Positions 7,579 through 20,323 of a DNA stretch of 64,000 bases are shown here, one piece after another. The stretch comes from Thermodesulfobacteriota bacterium (GTDB lineage Bacteria > Desulfobacterota > Desulfobulbia > Desulfobulbales > SURF-16), in the NCBI GenBank assembly GCA_039715015.1, contig JBDLIE010000010.1, forward strand, positions 9,514-73,513. The letters run 5' to 3'. The notes beneath the pieces were generated by a model that had not been told where the DNA came from, ran no database searches, and saw only the letters and a list, made by a program, of their open reading frames with translations. Position numbers and translations under genes: made by a program. Numbering within the stretch: the stretch's first letter is position 1; every line of letters starts with the position of its first letter.

Positions 7579-8682
7579 ATGCTTGTCCAGTCAAAACCAT
7601 ATAGAACCATCTGGCCCCATCCCGACACCATTGGTGTGGTGCAGATCATTGACCAGCGCCTTCTTCCCCATCAGTTTGTCATTGTTGATTTACTTAGTGT
7701 GGCAGACTTTGCCATGGCAATCAAGGACATGTACGTGCGCGGCGCCGGACTCATCGGCGCCACGGCCGGTTTTGGCATGTACGCCGCTGCCCTTCATAGC
7801 CGTGATGACCATTTTGACCAGGATATGCAGGGTTTTGCCGACACCCTGGTAGCCACCAGGCCCACGGCCAAAAACCTGGTCTGGGCTGTGGAACGGCAGC
7901 TTGCCGCCATTAAAGATCTGCCGACTCCTGCCGCAAAAAGGGAAAAAACATTTGAGGTGGCCTGCCAGATCGCTGATGAGGATGCCCAGTTCTGTAAACA
8001 GATCGGCGAGCATGGCGTCGAGATCATCCGCGAGATCAGCAAACGCAAAAACGGCGCACCGGTGAACATCCTCACCCATTGCAATGCCGGCTGGCTGGCC
8101 TTTGTTGATTACGGCTCTGCCACCGCCCCCATCTACGAGGCCCAGGCCCAGGGTATTGATGTCCATGTCTGGGTGGATGAGACCAGGCCCTGGCTCCAGG
8201 GAGCACGACTCACCACCTGGGAGCTCAAAGAGCAGGGCGTCTCCCATACCCTGATTGCTGATAATACCGGCGGCCATCTCATGCAGCATGGCATGGTGGA
8301 TCTTGTCATTGTCGGTACGGACCGCACCACCTATTGCGGTGATGTGGCTAATAAGATCGGTACCTATCTCAAGGCCCTGGCTGCCCATGATAACGATGTG
8401 CCCTTTTATGTGGCCCTGCCCTCATCCACCTTTGACTGGCAGATCTGTGACGGTGTGGACGGCATTCCCATTGAGGAGCGCTCCGGCGATGAGGTTAACC
8501 TGGTGAGCGGCCAAAGCGAATCGGGCCTGACTACCGTGGCCATCACCCCGGCAGATACCAAGGCAGCCAACTATAGCTTTGATGTCACCCCGGCCCGCCT
8601 GGTAAGCGGCCTTATCACCGAGCGTGGTATCACCAAGGCCGATAAGGAGAGTATTCTCGCTCTCTATCCAGAAAAGAAATAA
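7579..8682 (+). CDS. mtnA: S-methyl-5-thioribose-1-phosphate isomerase
   Basis: VRGAGLIG, TRPTA, ILTHCNAG, ETRPWLQGARLT, NKIGTY, FDVTP. Confidence 0.95.
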   Translation: MLVQSKPYRTIWPHPDTIGVVQIIDQRLLPHQFVIVDLLSVADFAMAIKDMYVRGAGLIGATAGFGMYAAALHSRDDHFDQDMQGFADTLVATRPTAKNLVWAVERQLAAIKDLPTPAAKREKTFEVACQIADEDAQFCKQIGEHGVEIIREISKRKNGAPVNILTHCNAGWLAFVDYGSATAPIYEAQAQGIDVHVWVDETRPWLQGARLTTWELKEQGVSHTLIADNTGGHLMQHGMVDLVIVGTDRTTYCGDVANKIGTYLKALAAHDNDVPFYVALPSSTFDWQICDGVDGIPIEERSGDEVNLVSGQSESGLTTVAITPADTKAANYSFDVTPARLVSGLITERGITKADKESILALYPEKK

Positions 8683-8690
8683 ACTCTAGG

Positions 8691-8756
8691 GGCCACGGAA
8701 TCCACTGAAAAAATTAAACATAAATATTCAGTGTTTTTTCCGTGGATTCCGTGGCC
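8691..8756. repeat. Intergenic inverted repeat built from CCAC(G/T)GAA units (REP-like; may also act as terminator)
   Basis: GGCCACGGAATCCAC ... GTGGATTCCGTGGCC, perfect 15-bp arms. Confidence 0.75.
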
Positions 8757-8765
8757 TAAAAAAAA

Positions 8766-9893
8766 CTATGCCAAGGTCCCAAAAACCAGGTCGTGAAACC
8801 TGGGCCTAAAGGCCTTGATCTTGTCGTTGTCGGCGCTTGGGTGGATGCGGTTGGTAAGCATAACCACTGTGATATCCCTATCAAAATCATGCCAGAACGA
8901 GGTGCCGGTAAAACCTAGATGGCCACAGCTCCTTGGCGAAATAAACTGGCCGGCTGATGAACCAGTCTCAGAAGGGGTATCAAAACCGAGTCCCCAACTG
9001 CTGCCCTTAATTTCGCCCTGACGGCTCATCGCCTTCTTCAAAAGACCTTGGTCTATAAAGGGATGTTTTTTTGCCCCTGAGGCTATTTCTATAAGATTTC
9101 TGACCATATTCAGAACATCTCTCCCCCTGCCAAAGAGCCCGGCCTGGCCACTTACTCCACCTACCACCCAGGTGTTTTGATCATCCACCTCACCCCTAAG
9201 AACCCTTTGCCGCCAGGGGCATTCTTCGGTGGCGGCAAAATTCGTAACATCTTTTTCCAAAGGATTATAGAGAATTTTGTCAGCCGTACCCAAAGGTTGA
9301 TAGATATATTTTTTCACCGCACCATCAAGGGCCAGACCAGTCTGTTTTTCAACAATCAGCCCGAGAAGGATGAAACCGAGATCGCTGTAGATGTCCTTCT
9401 TTCCTGGGGCAAACTCTAAGGGGCCGTCAAGGATAAGACGAAGTATCTCCGCTTTTCTCTGCTCTTTGGCAATTTTCTCGACAATTTTATAAAAATGGCG
9501 ATGGGCAGCCAGACCAGAGCAATGGTTCAGCAGTTGAAAAAGAGTTATCTCCTCTTTGTCTTTTGGTATTTTCTGCTGGAGGAGATGGCCTAATCGATCA
9601 TCAAGGCCTATCTTTTTTTGAGAAAGAAGGGCAAATACAGCCAGGCTGGTGGCTAGAGGTTTGCTAAGAGAGGCCAGGTCAAAAAAGGTTTCCTCCGTTA
9701 CCTGTTCACTATCATCCCAACTCAGCGTGCCAAAATTTTTTAAGAAAGACTCTTTTCCTTGACTAACAGCAAGAGAACAGCCGGAAAAAACGCGCTCATG
9801 GATGGCTTGGTCTATGAAAGAGGATACTCTGTTTTCTAGGTTCTCGAATGGAGCCATAATGGGTGGGCTGATGAAGTTCTCCTTTGGGATCAC
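8766..9893 (-). CDS. Serine hydrolase, beta-lactamase/AmpC-like family
   Basis: FDLASLSK (SxxK), YSD, HLGFTGTS, LTNR. Confidence 0.85.
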   Translation of the reverse strand: MIPKENFISPPIMAPFENLENRVSSFIDQAIHERVFSGCSLAVSQGKESFLKNFGTLSWDDSEQVTEETFFDLASLSKPLATSLAVFALLSQKKIGLDDRLGHLLQQKIPKDKEEITLFQLLNHCSGLAAHRHFYKIVEKIAKEQRKAEILRLILDGPLEFAPGKKDIYSDLGFILLGLIVEKQTGLALDGAVKKYIYQPLGTADKILYNPLEKDVTNFAATEECPWRQRVLRGEVDDQNTWVVGGVSGQAGLFGRGRDVLNMVRNLIEIASGAKKHPFIDQGLLKKAMSRQGEIKGSSWGLGFDTPSETGSSAGQFISPRSCGHLGFTGTSFWHDFDRDITVVMLTNRIHPSADNDKIKAFRPRFHDLVFGTLA

Positions 9894-10895
9894 CTATTTT
9901 ATAAATATTTTTCTATACTTGTACTTTCTATCAATGGCTATTCCACCTCCCTTGACCACCGTAACAAGAGGTTCTTTATCCTGTACTACAGGAATGCCAA
10001 GCTTATCAGTCAAAAAGGTCTTTAGGCCTGAAAGAAGAGAACCACCCCCCACGAGTAAGACACCGTCTTCCATGGCATCTTTCATGTGTTGAGCGCCTAT
10101 TTTAGTAAAGGAGTCTTTTATAAAATTTTCAAGAACCTCCAAAGGTTCGCTGATCGCCTGCCCTAATCCAACACTATCAACCTCAATGGGGCGAGGGGCA
10201 TTTGTTTGTATATCTTTACCGGTGAGGGAAAAAGATTTGCCGGCCTCCGGAAGTGCAGAGCCGATGTTTTCCTTACATTTTTCTGCCGTATATTCGCCAA
10301 TATGAACACCATATTCATCCCTCAGATGTCTAATAACGGCATCATCAATGGCGTCACCGGCAAAACTTGTTACCCTGCTAAAACTAACGGTTGAATTTAT
10401 AATAACGGCAACCTCACAGGTACTGCCGCCAATATTAATTATAAGCCTTCCCCTGTTTTCGCTGATATCAAGACCTGCTCCCAGGGCTGCTGCCATAGCT
10501 TCGGAGAGAAAAAAAACTTTCGAACAACCAACCTCTTTGGCAGCTCCTCTTATGGCTTTTTTTTCTTCATCTGTAATGGCTGTGGGCACAACAAAGACAG
10601 CCTTTGATTTCATTTTTTTATTACTTGAAATCTTCTTATAAAATTCTGCCAACATTACCTTGGTAGAAGTAAAATCAACCATGAGACCATCTTTTAAAGG
10701 CCTGAAGGATTTTATATGCTGGGGGGTTCTCCCCATAAAACCTTTAGCCTCGTGGCCGATGGCTATGGCTTTTTTTTCCAAATAATTAATAGCAACAACT
10801 GACGGTTCATTAAGGATAATTCCTGTGCCTTTCATATAGACAAGGGTATTTGCCGTGCCCAAATCTATGGCCAATTTTTTCTTAAAAATGGGCAT
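9894..10895 (-). CDS. mreB: MreB/Mbl-like actin homologue (divergent paralogue)
   Basis: IDLGTANT, EPSVVA, RPLKDG, EAMAAALGAGL, INIGGST, LLVGGGSLL. Confidence 0.85.
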   Translation of the reverse strand: MPIFKKKLAIDLGTANTLVYMKGTGIILNEPSVVAINYLEKKAIAIGHEAKGFMGRTPQHIKSFRPLKDGLMVDFTSTKVMLAEFYKKISSNKKMKSKAVFVVPTAITDEEKKAIRGAAKEVGCSKVFFLSEAMAAALGAGLDISENRGRLIINIGGSTCEVAVIINSTVSFSRVTSFAGDAIDDAVIRHLRDEYGVHIGEYTAEKCKENIGSALPEAGKSFSLTGKDIQTNAPRPIEVDSVGLGQAISEPLEVLENFIKDSFTKIGAQHMKDAMEDGVLLVGGGSLLSGLKTFLTDKLGIPVVQDKEPLVTVVKGGGIAIDRKYKYRKIFIK

Positions 10896-10899
10896 AGTT

Positions 10900-11570
10900 A
10901 TATATCTCTATTTTTTTTAATTTTTTCATTCTTTAAGGATTTTTTAAGCCTTCTTAAAAATTACTTTCCCAGCCATGCAAAAAGTAAGAAATGGGATCAT
11001 ACCATCTCCCTTTCTTCAGACAATATTTTTTAAAAATTAAGGTTTTTTTCGGTCCTTCTTTTCTTCCTTTTTTCACCCCCTAAAAAAAGGGTCTGCAAAG
11101 CCTTATTTTAAAGGGGTTTCCAGAGGGGGTATGGAATTCAAAAAAATGTCGTATTTTTAAGTATTTTTTACACTATAACTTATTGAATTTTTTTTAATTT
11201 TCGGCTAATATTTCTAACATTTCCACCAGACCTTTTACTTTAAAAAAGAGTTATCTTATCTGTTTGATTTATCGTTATTTTTTGTTCGTTTAAATTTTTT
11301 TTAATTTTAGTGGTGTTTTTTCTCTTTGTTTAAAATCTTTTTATAACCTGTTGATAAGTTTTTCATCCCTTTTTTTAGAAAATTCGCCAAATATTAAATC
11401 TTTATATTTTTTTAAACAATTTTAGATAGTTAGAGTAGATATAAACATATCAACACCCTTAATAATTATAATCTTTTTATTTTAAATATATTTACTACTT
11501 AAAACCTCTTGGTAAGTCGTCCTTTTGCCAGAAAAGGATTTAACTGAAAATGTTTTCTATGAGGAGCTGA
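10900..11570. other. Candidate chromosomal replication origin (oriC)
   Basis: About 670-bp very AT-rich non-coding region upstream of dnaN; DnaA-box variants TGTTGATAA (11349-11357) and tandem ATATAAACA/ATATCAACA (11439-11455) followed by CCC and TAA-rich triplets. Confidence 0.6.
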
Positions 11571-11574
11571 TCAC

Positions 11575-12705
11575 ATGTCCATCGTTGTCAATATTGCCAG
11601 GGATGATTTGTTAAACGGCCTTGCATCTTTACAAAATATAACGGCCAAGAAAGGAACCATCGCTATTCTTTCCAATGTCCTTATTAGTACGGGCAATGAC
11701 CTTGTCGAGCTTACTTGTACAGATCTCGAAATAGGACTCCGTTGCAGCCTACCAGCGGAAGTAATGTCACCAGGAAACATCACCCTTCCCTGTAAGAAAC
11801 TTTTTGAGATAGTCAGGGAGGCCGATTGCGACCATATTCATATAGAAGAAAAAGAAAACAGCTGGGTCCAAGTCTCTGTGGAAACCGGCGACTATAATAT
11901 TGCCGGTATGGAAAGTGATGAATTCCCTAATTTTCCTGAGTATGACCAGGAAAATCTCATCACAGTAGAAGCAGAGAAACTTCAGGAACTTATTGATAAA
12001 ACGTATTTTTCAATGGCAAACGAGGGAGAGAGTCAATTCACCCTCACCGGCGTTTTGGTTGAAAGAAAAGAGCGTGATAACCAAAAATTTCTCCGCTTTG
12101 TATCTTCAGACGGCCATAGATTATCCCTTATGCAGGTCCCCATGGAAGCGGATGTGGATTCTTTGACTATCAACAAAACCACCCTCATTCCTAAAAAAGG
12201 CATCCAGGAGATGCGTAAATTCTGTGAAGGAATGGATGAGGTGTCTTTTGCCATTGAGGAAAAACAGGCAGTTTTAAAAACAGAGAGCAATATTCTTATT
12301 ATCCGTCTGATAAATGGTGATTTTCCAGACTATAAGCCCCTTGTCAACGTCATTGACCGGGAAAAATATATTGAGATAGCAAAAGAACCTCTTATCCACG
12401 CCTTTCGCAGGATGAACCTCTTTGCCGAGGATAAGTTCAATATAGTTCAATTTTCCCTGGTGGAAGGCAAGATAGTCCTTTCATCCCAGTCCATGGACAT
12501 TGGTAATGCCAGGGAAGAGATAGACGTAACGTACCATGGTGATGAATTAAAACTGGGCTTTAACGGGAAATATTTCATTGAAACCCTGTCAGCCATGAAG
12601 AGCGATACGGTTCGGGTTTATCTTTCATCCAATGAAAGCCCCTGTATGGTTCTTTCAGCAAATGATCCTGAGTTTATTTCAATCATTATGCCCATGCATT
12701 TATAA
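11575..12705 (+). CDS. dnaN: DNA polymerase III beta sliding clamp
   Basis: ILSNVLI, TDLEIG, SDGHRL, GDFPDY, GFNGKYF, IIMPM. Confidence 0.96.
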   Translation: MSIVVNIARDDLLNGLASLQNITAKKGTIAILSNVLISTGNDLVELTCTDLEIGLRCSLPAEVMSPGNITLPCKKLFEIVREADCDHIHIEEKENSWVQVSVETGDYNIAGMESDEFPNFPEYDQENLITVEAEKLQELIDKTYFSMANEGESQFTLTGVLVERKERDNQKFLRFVSSDGHRLSLMQVPMEADVDSLTINKTTLIPKKGIQEMRKFCEGMDEVSFAIEEKQAVLKTESNILIIRLINGDFPDYKPLVNVIDREKYIEIAKEPLIHAFRRMNLFAEDKFNIVQFSLVEGKIVLSSQSMDIGNAREEIDVTYHGDELKLGFNGKYFIETLSAMKSDTVRVYLSSNESPCMVLSANDPEFISIIMPMHL

Positions 12706-12796
12706 GAGAGATTTTAAGAAATTAAAAAAATATGAGAGGAGGCTATGTAGCTTCCTTTCATAACTTTATTTCTTTTATCTCCTATTACTTCTTTAA

Positions 12797-15214
<2,418 letters not shown>

Positions 15215-15282
15215 CTGAAAGAATTAAAGAATGTTGTTTGATTCACACCTCTTTAAACACTTTAGGATACTAAAAAAATAAT

Positions 15283-17781
15283 ATGACAACCGAAGAGCAA
15301 ATATCCCAACCCACCATCAGTATCGAGAAGGAGTTAAAAAAATCCTATCTTGACTATGCCATGAGTGTCATCATTGGCCGGGCCCTACCAGATGTCCGCG
15401 ACGGTCTGAAGCCGGTGCATCGCCGCGCCCTCTTTGCCATGCGGGAGTTGGGTAATTACCACAACCGGCCCTACCTGAAATCAGCCCGTATTGTCGGTGA
15501 TATCATTGGTAAGTATCATCCCCATGGTGACAGCGCCGCCTATGACACCATTGTCAGGATGGCCCAGGATTTCTCCATGCGCTACCAGCTGGTGGACGGC
15601 CAGGGTAACTTCGGTTCAGTGGATGGCGACTCCCCTGCTGCCATGCGTTATACCGAGGCGCGGATGACCAAGCTTGACCAGGAGATCATCGCCGACCTGG
15701 AAAAGGACACCGTTGATTTTGTCCCCACCTACGACAACTCGATGACCGAGCCTTCGGTGATGCCCACCAAGGTTCCCAATCTGCTGATCAACGGCTCTTC
15801 CGGTATTGCCGTTGGTATGGCCACCAATATCCCGCCCCATAATATCACCGAGGTGGTAAACGGCCTGATCGCCATGATTGACAACCCCAATATCACGGTC
15901 AATCAGCTCATGGAGCATGTCACCGGTCCTGATTTTCCGACGGGCGCTTTTATCTGCGGCCGGGCCGGTATCCGCGAGGCCTATGAAACCGGGCGCGGTT
16001 CGGTGCTCATGCGGGCCAAGACCCATATCGAAAAGAGTAAAAAGGCCAATAGGGAGTCCATCGTCATCACCGAGATTCCCTATATGCAGAACAAGGCCAA
16101 GCTTGTTGAGAAGATCGCCCTTCTCATCAAAGACAAGCGCATCGAATCGATTTCTGCCCTGCGCGACGAGTCTGATCGCCATGGTATGCGCATCGTCCTT
16201 GATCTCAAGAAGGATGAGATTGCCGATGTGGTCATTAACCAGCTTTACAAGATGACACCGCTGCAGAAGAGCTTTGGTATCATCATGCTTTCCATCGTCA
16301 ACCAGAAGCCGGAGATTCTCAACCTTAAGCAGGTCCTTGAGCATTTCCTCCTCCATCGTAAGACCGTGGTCTACCGCCGCACCGCCTTTGAACTGAAAAA
16401 GGCCGAGGCCCGGGCCCATATCCTTAAGGGTCTGAAGGTTGCTCTGGACAATATCGACGAGGTAGTAGAGCTGATCAAGAAATCAGCCAATGCCAGGGAG
16501 GCCAAGGACGGCCTCATAGAACGCTTTGAGCTCACCGAGATCCAGGCCCAATCCATCCTTGATATGCGTCTCCAGAAACTCACCGGTCTGGAGCAGGATA
16601 AGATCCTTAACGAACTCAAAGAGCTTCTTGAAAAAATCGAATGGTATAACAAGGTGCTCAGTGATGAGGCACTGGTCATGCAGATCATCCGCGATGAGTT
16701 CAGTGAGATCATCGAGCAATACGGCGATGATCGCCGCTCTGAAATCATTGATGCCCCGGACGAGATCCTGCCCGAAGATATGATCCAGCAGCAGGACATG
16801 GTGGTCACCGTCACCCATGCCGGCTATATCAAGCGTAACCCCATTGATCTCTATCGTTCCCAGCGCCGGGGCGGTAAGGGTGTCAAGGGTATCAACGCCG
16901 TGGAGGACGATTTTGTAAACGCCCTCTATCTGGCCTCCACCCACGACGCCTTCCTGTTTTTCACCAACCACGGCAAGGTATTCTGGCGTAAGGTCTATGA
17001 AATTCCCCAGGCCAGCCGCATTGCCCGCGGTAAGGCCATTGTTAATTTCCTCGAGTTAGCAGAGGATGAGAAACTGGCAGCCATCCTGCCCATTAAGTCC
17101 TTTGCCATGGAAGAGGGTGAGGAGTATGTCCTGATGGTGACCAAGAAGGGCGTGGTCAAGAAGACCATCCTTTCCGAGTTTGCCCGCCCCATGCGTAAGG
17201 GTAAAATCGCCCTGAAGATCCGTGAGGATGACGAGATTATCACCGCCGCACTCACCAACGGCGATAACGAGATCTTCCTGCTCAGTAGAAATGGTATGTC
17301 GGTCCGCTTTAAGGAGCATGACGTGCGGGCCATGGGTCGTACTGCCAGCGGCGTCCGCGGTATTCGACTGGCTGAGGATGATGTGGTTGTAGCCGCTGAA
17401 GTTCTTAACCGTGAGGAATCGATCCTGGTGGTCACTGAAAACGGCTACGGTAAACGGAGCCCGGTTGATCAGTATCGGATTACCAAGCGTGGCGGCAAGG
17501 GTGTGCGGGCCATTAAACCCAGTGTTCGTAATGGTTTAGTAGTCAAGGCCTGCCAGATCACCGATGATGATGAGATCATGCTTATCACCGATGGTGGTAA
17601 GATTATTCGGATGAATATGGCCCAGATGCGCGTTATAGGCCGGAATACCAAGGGTGTAAGGATGTTCAAGCTTGGTGATAAGGAGAAGGTGGTGGCCATG
17701 GATAAGGTACCGCCTGATAGTGGCAGTGATGAGGAGGAGGGTGAAGAAGCTGATGTGATAGAAGGAGGGGGCGAAGAGTAG
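15283..17781 (+). CDS. gyrA: DNA gyrase subunit A
   Basis: [23 protein letters not shown], GyrA-box QRRGGKG. Confidence 0.98.
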   Translation: MTTEEQISQPTISIEKELKKSYLDYAMSVIIGRALPDVRDGLKPVHRRALFAMRELGNYHNRPYLKSARIVGDIIGKYHPHGDSAAYDTIVRMAQDFSMRYQLVDGQGNFGSVDGDSPAAMRYTEARMTKLDQEIIADLEKDTVDFVPTYDNSMTEPSVMPTKVPNLLINGSSGIAVGMATNIPPHNITEVVNGLIAMIDNPNITVNQLMEHVTGPDFPTGAFICGRAGIREAYETGRGSVLMRAKTHIEKSKKANRESIVITEIPYMQNKAKLVEKIALLIKDKRIESISALRDESDRHGMRIVLDLKKDEIADVVINQLYKMTPLQKSFGIIMLSIVNQKPEILNLKQVLEHFLLHRKTVVYRRTAFELKKAEARAHILKGLKVALDNIDEVVELIKKSANAREAKDGLIERFELTEIQAQSILDMRLQKLTGLEQDKILNELKELLEKIEWYNKVLSDEALVMQIIRDEFSEIIEQYGDDRRSEIIDAPDEILPEDMIQQQDMVVTVTHAGYIKRNPIDLYRSQRRGGKGVKGINAVEDDFVNALYLASTHDAFLFFTNHGKVFWRKVYEIPQASRIARGKAIVNFLELAEDEKLAAILPIKSFAMEEGEEYVLMVTKKGVVKKTILSEFARPMRKGKIALKIREDDEIITAALTNGDNEIFLLSRNGMSVRFKEHDVRAMGRTASGVRGIRLAEDDVVVAAEVLNREESILVVTENGYGKRSPVDQYRITKRGGKGVRAIKPSVRNGLVVKACQITDDDEIMLITDGGKIIRMNMAQMRVIGRNTKGVRMFKLGDKEKVVAMDKVPPDSGSDEEEGEEADVIEGGGEE

Positions 17782-17821
17782 GCCTACTAGTTTTATCCTC
17801 TTCTTTAAAATAGAGAGGTTG

Positions 17822-17856
17822 AAGCCTCGGTCCTTTTTGGATCGGGGCTTTTTTAT
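17822..17856 (+). terminator. Intrinsic terminator after gyrA
   Basis: AAGCCTCGGTCC-TTTT-TGGATCGGGGC-TTTTTT. Confidence 0.75.
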
Positions 17857-18179
17857 TGCCTGCAAACAATAAAAGAGGTGGTTGGATATTGGCAGACCTA
17901 TTTGTCAGAGTTGCTAAGAGTTGTTTTATTCCTTTTCGCCGCTTAGCTGCTACGTGTCAAAGGGCCGATTGTTCAGGGCTGGATGGGGAAAAAGAACTAA
18001 CAAAAAAATGGGTAAAATGGTTGACAGCGGACTTGATATCGAGGAACATCCGGACTGATTTTTTTGACAAAACGAAGTTATATCATGGCGATAAGCATCA
18101 ATAGGTTTGGGATTTTTTTCACCCAGAGGTCTTGAAGCCTGGTCACGGGTTGCAGTTAAAAAGACAAGGAGGATTATCA

Positions 18180-18566
18180 ATGAATAGGAATGAAATTTCG
18201 CGATATGCCGTAATAGTGCTGGCTGTTTTGGCCATATGCATGACAAGCGGCTGCGCAACAAAGGATACGGTCAGTTCACGTTTCCCAGCACTGCAAGACA
18301 ATATCAACGCCGCCAAAAAAGCTGACGCCGAAGTATATGCCCCGGCTCCTCTCAAGTCGGCTGAGGCCAAGCTTGCTGCAGCCAAACTTGCTGTCCAGGC
18401 CCAGGATATGGTTTCCGCCAACAAGCTTGTGGATGAGGCCATGGCAGATGCTGATTATGCCCGCGCCATGGCCCCCACCGAAAAGGCCAAGAGCGATGCC
18501 ATGAAACTGCGAGAATCCATCCAGGCCGTGCGTGAGGAAATCTATCAGCTGCCAGCCGGGAAATAA
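18180..18566 (+). CDS. DUF4398-like lipoprotein
   Basis: GGAGG RBS, lipobox MTSGC, AxxYAP..L..A..KL helical pattern; sits upstream of an OmpA-family gene. Confidence 0.75.
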   Translation: MNRNEISRYAVIVLAVLAICMTSGCATKDTVSSRFPALQDNINAAKKADAEVYAPAPLKSAEAKLAAAKLAVQAQDMVSANKLVDEAMADADYARAMAPTEKAKSDAMKLRESIQAVREEIYQLPAGK

Positions 18567-18596
18567 CCACCTGCCCATTCAAAGTGAGGAATTAAT

Positions 18597-19709
18597 ATGA
18601 GTTACCGATGTTTTTTTAGTCAGTTGAAAATCGCAGCCATTGCAATTTCCGCCGGAGCTGTTTTGGCAGGGTGCGCAGGAGTGGCTGATAACAGTGAACA
18701 GATCGCCAATGAGCGCCTGGAAAGTGCGCGTACGGCATATACCCAAGCAAAGGACAATCCCTTTGTAGAATCGTACTCCCTGAAAACACTTCTTGGCGCA
18801 GAAAAGTTATTGAAAGATGCTGAGCAGAAGAAAGAGAAGGTTGATTCTTCCAGTTCCTCGGGCAGTTCCAAAGAGTATAATTATAGCGAGAAGAAGCGCA
18901 TTTTTAATGAGATTTCCCGTCTTGCCTATCTGGCAGAGCGTAAATCGCAGACCTCCGTAGCACTGGCAGAGGGAGTCGTGGCGCGCAACGAGGTTGTCAA
19001 ACTGGGCATGGAAAAGGCTGAGATAGAGTTAAAGAAAAGCCAGTTAGAGAAAAAATTGCTCAAGATCGATTTGGATGAAAAAGCCTCTGATCTTGCGAGT
19101 GCAAAGCAGCAGCTAGAAACGGCGAGCAGCGAGGCTGAAAGGGCGAGAATTTTAGCAGATATTCAGGCTAAAGAGGCAGTACTCGCCAATGCACTGGCTC
19201 AGGCAAAAGCCCAGGAGGCAGAAAAGGCCAGGGCTGAGGCTGAGGAGATGGCCAGAGAGGCGCAAAAGGCAAAGGATGAGCTTGCCATGCTGATGAAGGA
19301 AATGTCGGAGTTGCAGGGGCAATTGACCGACCGCGGTATCGTGCTGACTATCGGTGATGTACTTTTTGCCACTGGTAAGTCTGAGTTAAATGCCAGCGCC
19401 CAGCGCAGTATGGAGAAAATAGCAGAGTTCCTGGAGAAAAAACAGAACCGTAATCTGCTGGTGGAAGGGCATACCGACAACGTTGGCAGCGATATGTACA
19501 ACCAGAAACTTTCCGAGCAGCGCGCCGCGTCGGTTAAAATCGCCTTGGAAAAAATCGGCGTTGCCAGTGAACGGATTGTCACTGTCGGCTACGGGAAAAA
19601 ATATCCTTTGGCCAGTAATGATACTGCAAGAGGCAAGCAGCAGAACAGAAGGGTTGAGGCCATTATTCTTAATGAGGGTGTCCAGCCGGAGAGTCAGTTT
19701 CGGAAATAG
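18597..19709 (+). CDS. OmpA/MotB-family lipoprotein with coiled-coil region
   Basis: Lipobox LAGC; VLFATGK, EGHTD, NQKLSEQRA, NRRVE. Confidence 0.9.
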   Translation: MSYRCFFSQLKIAAIAISAGAVLAGCAGVADNSEQIANERLESARTAYTQAKDNPFVESYSLKTLLGAEKLLKDAEQKKEKVDSSSSSGSSKEYNYSEKKRIFNEISRLAYLAERKSQTSVALAEGVVARNEVVKLGMEKAEIELKKSQLEKKLLKIDLDEKASDLASAKQQLETASSEAERARILADIQAKEAVLANALAQAKAQEAEKARAEAEEMAREAQKAKDELAMLMKEMSELQGQLTDRGIVLTIGDVLFATGKSELNASAQRSMEKIAEFLEKKQNRNLLVEGHTDNVGSDMYNQKLSEQRAASVKIALEKIGVASERIVTVGYGKKYPLASNDTARGKQQNRRVEAIILNEGVQPESQFRK

Positions 19710-19807
19710 CTTTAGAACATGACTTGATTACTCTGCTTAATAAGAGGACAGGCCTTTTTTAGGGTGGTCTGACCTTTGTGTTCTGGTCTTTAGAATAGCG
19801 TAGTTGG

Positions 19808-19840
19808 AGCCCCGGTCCTTCTGGTCCCGGGGCTTTTTTT
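19808..19840 (+). terminator. Intrinsic terminator, paralogous to the gyrA terminator
   Basis: AGCCCCGG-loop-CCGGGGC-TTTTTTT. Confidence 0.75.
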
Positions 19841-19948
19841 ATTTTTAAAAAGGGGGAAATGTATATTGGTACGGATCTATACACTCCCAGACACCGGACC
19901 CATCATTTTTGAGGGTGCATCAACGCCATTTGCTAGGAAATAGCGGCC

Positions 19949-20272
19949 TTATTCCTGGTGACTGAGTTCGCTGGCCCGGATGATGTATTTGATCAGGATT
20001 TTGAAGTCAGCCTTGTTGAGATGAGTACGGCCGATATGCTCCTTCATGGTCTGTTTCCACTGGCGCGGCGTATACTCGGAAGGCCACATATGGTAATGGC
20101 AGCCGGAGCATTGATTAATCAACGATTGGCGGCCCTGGCTGAACTGGGCAAGCTCTGCCTCTGATTGGGGATGAAGGCTCTCGGCCAGGGGCAGCATCTG
20201 CGGGGTGATGGCGGCGGTACAGCCGAGCATGAGAAAGGCGGCAAAGAGCGACAGACCGTGGTGGTTCTTCAT
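19949..20272 (-). CDS. Small monohaem c-type cytochrome lipoprotein
   Basis: Lipobox MLGC; CSGCH followed by P..YT..QW..TM. Confidence 0.7.
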   Translation of the reverse strand: MKNHHGLSLFAAFLMLGCTAAITPQMLPLAESLHPQSEAELAQFSQGRQSLINQCSGCHYHMWPSEYTPRQWKQTMKEHIGRTHLNKADFKILIKYIIRASELSHQE

Positions 20273-20323
20273 TTTTTCCCTTTGTGCAGTAATGACCAGT
20301 CGTGTGCAGAGTCAGGTCAGGTT

